Virus record (IMG/VR): IMGVR_UViG_3300034031_000013
Span: 1-64,000 of that record
Reading direction: 5' to 3' (one strand)
From: a virus
Length of the DNA stretch: 64,000 nt
In this document: positions 60,701 through 64,000 of the stretch, in pieces
How positions within the stretch are numbered: the first letter of the stretch is position 1
How the letters are laid out: each line of letters starts with the position of its first letter
Notes under the pieces: generated by a model
Seen by the model: only the letters and a program-made list of their open reading frames with translations
What the model was told of the DNA's origin: nothing
Databases searched by the model: none
Position numbers and translations under genes: made by a program

Positions 60701-60911
60701 CATACCAATCCCACTGTTCAGGAATAGGGTCTACATACCAGACCTTTCCCTGCTTGGGATCATCGTTCCAATCCCAAGACAAATATTCTTCGTGGCGATA
60801 CCATATTTGGTCTGTTTTTTTTAGATGAGAGCCGCGTATGTTTTTGATTTTCGGGATAGCAGGCGTAGTATAAATCAAGCCCTCGTAAATATCGAATGTC
60901 TGTACAGCCAT
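57774..60911 (-). CDS. terL: Terminase large subunit containing an intein
   Basis: MKGRRIGVS (Walker A region), LLVDE (Walker B), C-terminal nuclease GLD...D. Confidence 0.9.
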   Translation of the reverse strand: MAVQTFDIYEGLIYTTPAIPKIKNIRGSHLKKTDQIWYRHEEYLSWDWNDDPKQGKVWYVDPIPEQWDWYEAEIDRIMNGEWILINGVPTFFNAFCYFFHQWAITKEGVYPTYKDTSLLFFRFMEIVFSDPRCRGGNVMKGRRIGVSTMSISIMLQFALIKANIEQGIVSKTGGDAEKIFKLMLVNAFASLPPFLKPRISGNDTPAKVLHITKPPERASKDRATSSTRDGLNNKIEWRATSGNVFDGDGLWMLLVDECFDPETKIMVEGYTFKAIKDIKIGDKVVVEGGKLIEVQNTVSGIDDMYRIKQPYSKDYIVSSKHKLYLEQRCNVKSIFDDGIKTMTPEEFINLGKYRKRTTFGLRSSGIDFPEIDNLIDPYVFGAWIGDGIGSNIGFVVNEPEDRELIDYLKEYATKLGYDTSIYQPLNSKKAKCIYFVRHVRTSKSNPLLNELKRLGVYKNKFIPDEYLFNSRENRLQLLAGIIDTDGHCDQRKYSIHICMSREDLIGQICFLARSLGFSTSTPRFKNTNYNTDSYVVSISGDLSIIPTKLNRKQFPAYKQTAKYRRNRIEVIPEGVGKYVGIQLKTENLDDKRLILEDFTLSMNCGKWEEVDINAYLPIALKSIVAGKNVGRLLLITTVNSADKGGSNYKAVWDGSSQLKRDAMGQTEKKLYRLFIPGFMGYEWFVDKFGNSVVETPTPEQTEWLKKDPRCLNAFIGSKEYCDLQRKNKENDPEDYMEEVRMVPYNPEEVFKSANNLCHFNTIDLNNQIERVEEIIKSKGKTPWNDATHKGDENGRRGLFKKPDGGKVEFVDNSEGMWHILELLPFEEANKFAFKGSIKCPDNTSYGAAGLDTFANAKQTVDKGSDACCVIFKRRNALNPHNSGMPVAMFIGRPKTKQEFHNQIFWGLEYYGIRMLAERSPTDWEDYATDEARRLASPIDQKKKFGYLVTTKRADDSEVYGIAPQDTQSREEHLTEMVEYALNNMEKIYFIRILRDMLKFNIKERTDYDAGMAFGYSLMALKEKTKPIQSKQSGIRYIKTYRLGGA
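59103..60140 (-). mobile_element. Intein (346 aa) with LAGLIDADG homing endonuclease
   Basis: DE|CFDPETKI start, SMN|CGKW end; FGAWIGDG and LAGIIDTDG motifs. Confidence 0.9.
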
Positions 60912-61330
60912 TATTTGCCCCCGATTCTTTTCTTAATGATAGCCTCCATTGGGTTCTCGCCTATCTTTAATCCTGTTACGCTCTTGGTTGGCTCTTCTGA
61001 CTGGCTTTCGGTTGTTTCCTCCTTTACCTCGGGTATCTTATCAAGCGCACTTACTACCTGCTGAAAGTTGTTGATGTGCTGAACTTCCTTAACCATTTTC
61101 AGGAATGTATCGACAAGCTTAGAAGAGAGTTCTACTTCTGTTCCATTGGGGTTCTTTTCCTCGGATGCGATGAGGTCAAGGTCTTTTGAGATTTTCCCTG
61201 CCATGTTATCTATTGAGCGGATAAGGAGTTTAACCTTAGCCCCCTGAAAGGATTGCAGTTCTTTTTCCAACGCCTCGATATATGCGTCTACGGTCTTGTC
61301 CTTGCTTCTAATTTGAGAATCTATCAACAT
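60911..61330 (-). CDS. Probable terminase small subunit
   Basis: Helical 139 aa ORF abutting terL. Confidence 0.5.
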   Translation of the reverse strand: MLIDSQIRSKDKTVDAYIEALEKELQSFQGAKVKLLIRSIDNMAGKISKDLDLIASEEKNPNGTEVELSSKLVDTFLKMVKEVQHINNFQQVVSALDKIPEVKEETTESQSEEPTKSVTGLKIGENPMEAIIKKRIGGK

Positions 61331-61712
61331 AACTTTTCGCTTCGACGCTTAAACCTTTCTTGTTGTATATCTTGCTCATTTGATTGTCGCAAGCCTTTAT
61401 AGCCCATTCAGGCAGATTAAAATCCCGCTGAATCTCTTCCCAATCACACCGAGGCAATGTCATTTCCAATCGACCTTCCGCCCACATTTTGATATGAAGG
61501 TTAACCGACTTCTTGGTTATCATAAGCTTTCGTAAAAGCTCGGGCGTATCGCAGTTGGTGAGTTTTCCTTGGCTATCCCAATCGAAGAAAGCTCGTTTAA
61601 CATCTTTATCTCCAACAGCTACTAAATCAACCTGAGAACCGCAGAAATCTAATTTGTCGATATTGGATAGGTAGAACTCGTAGTCCTGATTGAATCGGAT
61701 TGAATACTTCAT
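61308..61712 (-). CDS. Hypothetical protein
   Basis: ORF in late operon. Confidence 0.6.
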   Translation of the reverse strand: MKYSIRFNQDYEFYLSNIDKLDFCGSQVDLVAVGDKDVKRAFFDWDSQGKLTNCDTPELLRKLMITKKSVNLHIKMWAEGRLEMTLPRCDWEEIQRDFNLPEWAIKACDNQMSKIYNKKGLSVEAKSYVDRFSN

Positions 61713-62572
61713 GCCGTTTCTTTTAATACCGTTCCGTAAACACTATCATCGTCTAGCAAGCCCTGTACAGTGATAATTACGTTATCTCCGAACTTCTTAC
61801 CGCCTGACTTTCTTCGAAGCACTGTATCGCCTGATTTGTAGTCTCTTACCCTGCTCCCTACGGCTAATACTTCGGCTTCGGTATCCCTGCATGTAATGAA
61901 CATATCAAGGCTTACCTCATTCCCTTTTTTGGGTTCTCCCGCTACTAAAATCCTATCATTGGCGGGAATTATTTCACCGTCTACAATAGTTCCCATTACC
62001 TCTTTTTCTCTGATTCGGTAGTAGGCTTTTTTATCTATTTCGATCTCGTAAAGGGCGTGGGATTCCACAAAAACTACATCACCATCATTGAACTCCCCGT
62101 TGCCTCTTAAAAGCTTCGCTCTGTCTTTATGCTTGATTGTTCCCATGTAAATACCCGACTGTATCAGTTCTTCTTCTATCGGTTCACAAATCAGGTATTC
62201 GCCTAGCATATCAAATCCTAACTCATTGAATTTCAGGTAGATATCTTTAGGGTAACAGCGAAACAGTAGTTCTTTTTCGTGCTTTACGTGAGGCTGTAGC
62301 TGATGATCTTTGGTATCCTTGGCAATCTCTCCAAAGAACACCATGTGATGCACGTAGACCTTATCTCCGATGCTTAATTTAAGCGGGTTATCATCGGGTA
62401 TTGCCATGATAAAACCGATCTGACAATTTCTCCTTAATAGGTTGTTTTCAAAGGTTTTAACGATATGGAGAGGTTCGGGTAGCCCTATATCATACTTCTC
62501 CTTGTGTTCAAAATCTCCTTTAATAAGGTAAGTCCCGTTTTGTGACTTTAAGCTCATTGAATAATCCTCCAT
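61709..62572 (-). CDS. Multi-domain GroES/Cpn10-like protein
   Basis: Repeated GroES-like units, e.g. IIPANDRILV...AEVLAVG....YKSGDTVL and LGEYLICEP...SGIYM...GDVVF. Confidence 0.65.
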   Translation of the reverse strand: MEDYSMSLKSQNGTYLIKGDFEHKEKYDIGLPEPLHIVKTFENNLLRRNCQIGFIMAIPDDNPLKLSIGDKVYVHHMVFFGEIAKDTKDHQLQPHVKHEKELLFRCYPKDIYLKFNELGFDMLGEYLICEPIEEELIQSGIYMGTIKHKDRAKLLRGNGEFNDGDVVFVESHALYEIEIDKKAYYRIREKEVMGTIVDGEIIPANDRILVAGEPKKGNEVSLDMFITCRDTEAEVLAVGSRVRDYKSGDTVLRRKSGGKKFGDNVIITVQGLLDDDSVYGTVLKETA

Positions 62573-63209
62573 AATAGTTGTTCATTCTGCGCCCCATCGG
62601 AGCCTGAATAATTTCTGTGATAAATTCCCTTCCTGTGTCGGTGATGAAATAGAGATTTCTGCGCTCTATCTGATGCACGTAGCCGAGGGCTGTATATTTT
62701 TTGATTGTTCTTGTCCAGTTGCTTGCTACCTCTACTCCGAACCGTCTTTTGATATCGTCTTTCCTGAATGGGTTGATCTGAACCCCTGCAATCAGAATTA
62801 GAAAGGCGGCATAGTCTATTTTTCCTTCGTCCTCGTACTGCTTGAATGAAATGATTGCCCTTGCCATTATCTCACACTTTTCAGGTGCTTGCCAGTCCGC
62901 CCATCTGCTTAGTGGTTGAGAAAAGAATCTGTCGTACCTGCTTAGTACCATCAAGTCTTTTCTGGCAGCTTGATATTTTAGTGAAATCTTGCGCCTCCTG
63001 TTCCACTCCAATCTCCACCTGTTATGCACCTTATCCACCGATGCCTTGCGCTTATCTGAAAGGTTTCTTGCCAGTGTAGCAAGCCTTCTCAATTCGATAT
63101 TTTCCTTGCGTAATTCGAAGATCATTTCCTTCATTTCCGCAACGGCTTTTAGCGTTGATGGCGTGGCATAACTTGTGATCTGTGGTATTTTCTTTTGCAT
63201 AATCAGCAA
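62520..63209 (-). CDS. Coiled-coil plus winged-helix protein (possible regulator)
   Basis: C-terminal WTRTIKKYTALGYV....RNLYFITDTGREF. Confidence 0.55.
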   Translation of the reverse strand: MLIMQKKIPQITSYATPSTLKAVAEMKEMIFELRKENIELRRLATLARNLSDKRKASVDKVHNRWRLEWNRRRKISLKYQAARKDLMVLSRYDRFFSQPLSRWADWQAPEKCEIMARAIISFKQYEDEGKIDYAAFLILIAGVQINPFRKDDIKRRFGVEVASNWTRTIKKYTALGYVHQIERRNLYFITDTGREFITEIIQAPMGRRMNNYYGGLFNELKVTKRDLPY

Positions 63210-63325
63210 TAAGCAGTTAATACACCCTCTCTCGCTTCCATATCTTCGATACAGCGAACTTTATTTCCAAAGACAACCAAATTACTGTCCAAGAAAAATA
63301 ATTCGTTAGAGGGCTTTAAAATGCG

Positions 63326-63445
63326 TTACTTCTTTTTGGTGATTGAGGGGAATTTCTTTTTCATGCCTGCCGAGGCGACGGGCTTTCCCTTTGCGGCGAT
63401 GGTTGCCGCAATTTTAGGTTTTTTTGTTTCTCTTTCCTTTGCCAT
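63326..63445 (-). CDS. Small basic protein (MAKERETKKPKIAATIAAKGK..., 39 aa)
   Basis: Hand-translated; late-type promoter at 63469-63503. Confidence 0.5.
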   Translation of the reverse strand: MAKERETKKPKIAATIAAKGKPVASAGMKKKFPSITKKK

Positions 63446-63504
63446 GTTGTTTACAATGTTTGTACAAACAAATTTAATCGTTTGTACAAAGCACTTTTCG
63501 TAAA

Positions 63505-63888
63505 CTAGGCGGTTGCGGCAAACAGGTCGTATTGGTTTACGATCAGTTGGAGTTTCTTTTTTGGAAGGACAGGTTCGGCTTTATTGACAATCGGCATCCT
63601 GTAATCCATCGTTGATGGTATCTCCTGAATCTTCATCGCATATTGTATATCAGCGATGTTTGACCGCTTCCATTGCCCGTAACAGCGTATCATCGCCTCT
63701 TTGGTTCTAGCGGCGGCTTCTTTCTGCATGGTGATTAGGATAAATCGAATGTCGTCCTGATAGCCTACGTTGTAATTCTCGATGGCTCTTTTGAAGGCGG
63801 GGTGCTTTAGCGCGTAGTCGGTTTGCTCTGTGATTGTCATTGTAGAGATTTGTTTTACAAAGATTACAATATTGTTGGACTTTTTCAA
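63505..63888 (-). CDS. Hypothetical protein
   Basis: Track ORF; start likely at 63840. Confidence 0.55.
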   Translation of the reverse strand: MKKSNNIVIFVKQISTMTITEQTDYALKHPAFKRAIENYNVGYQDDIRFILITMQKEAAARTKEAMIRCYGQWKRSNIADIQYAMKIQEIPSTMDYRMPIVNKAEPVLPKKKLQLIVNQYDLFAATA

Positions 63889-64000
63889 GTATTTGAAAAT
63901 AAATACATTGTTAATTTTTCTGCCACAGGTTAAATGATAACTGATTTAGAATATCTTTCTCGTTTGTTGTGAAATCTGGCTTGTCTCCATTGATGTATTC

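Noticed and set aside
35721-61064. Many + strand ORFs in the track opposite the late genes, and - strand ORFs opposite early genes
   Set aside because: Shadow ORFs fully overlapping well-supported genes

Overview
The window is most of the genome of a temperate Bacteroidota podovirus-like phage. Host assignment rests on repeated TAnnTTTG promoters and a DUF3127 SSB. Layout from left to right: (i) 1-480, probably the right end of an IS-like element; (ii) about 1.1-2.9 kb, largely non-coding; (iii) an XRE repressor at 2974-3333 (-), divergent from a long + strand early region (3.6-22.3 kb); (iv) a - strand late region (63.9 to 22.7 kb). The early region has many small ORFs, Sak/SSB/exonuclease/RuvC recombination genes, and an integrase with an apparently intact attP in the middle. 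The late region runs GroES-like protein, terminase with a LAGLIDADG intein, portal, scaffold, capsid, tail and ejection proteins, tailspikes and lysis genes, interrupted by morons (O-acyltransferase plus lipoprotein; three small genes). The most striking content is in the first 9 kb of the early region. It carries a full-length prokaryotic viperin (anti-phage ddhNTP synthase) inside the phage operon, a perfect type III hammerhead ribozyme, tRNA-shaped RNAs with broken anticodon arms, and a ~160-nt pseudoknotted RNA. A 12-nt motif (AAAAGACTTGCA) sits at four early start codons and is complementary to the loop of one tRNA-like RNA. A phage-specific late promoter (TAnnTTTR plus a CCGCCAAAACCGCC-like box at a fixed 13-bp spacing) recurs eight times. 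All calls come from reading motifs by eye; no database searches were run.
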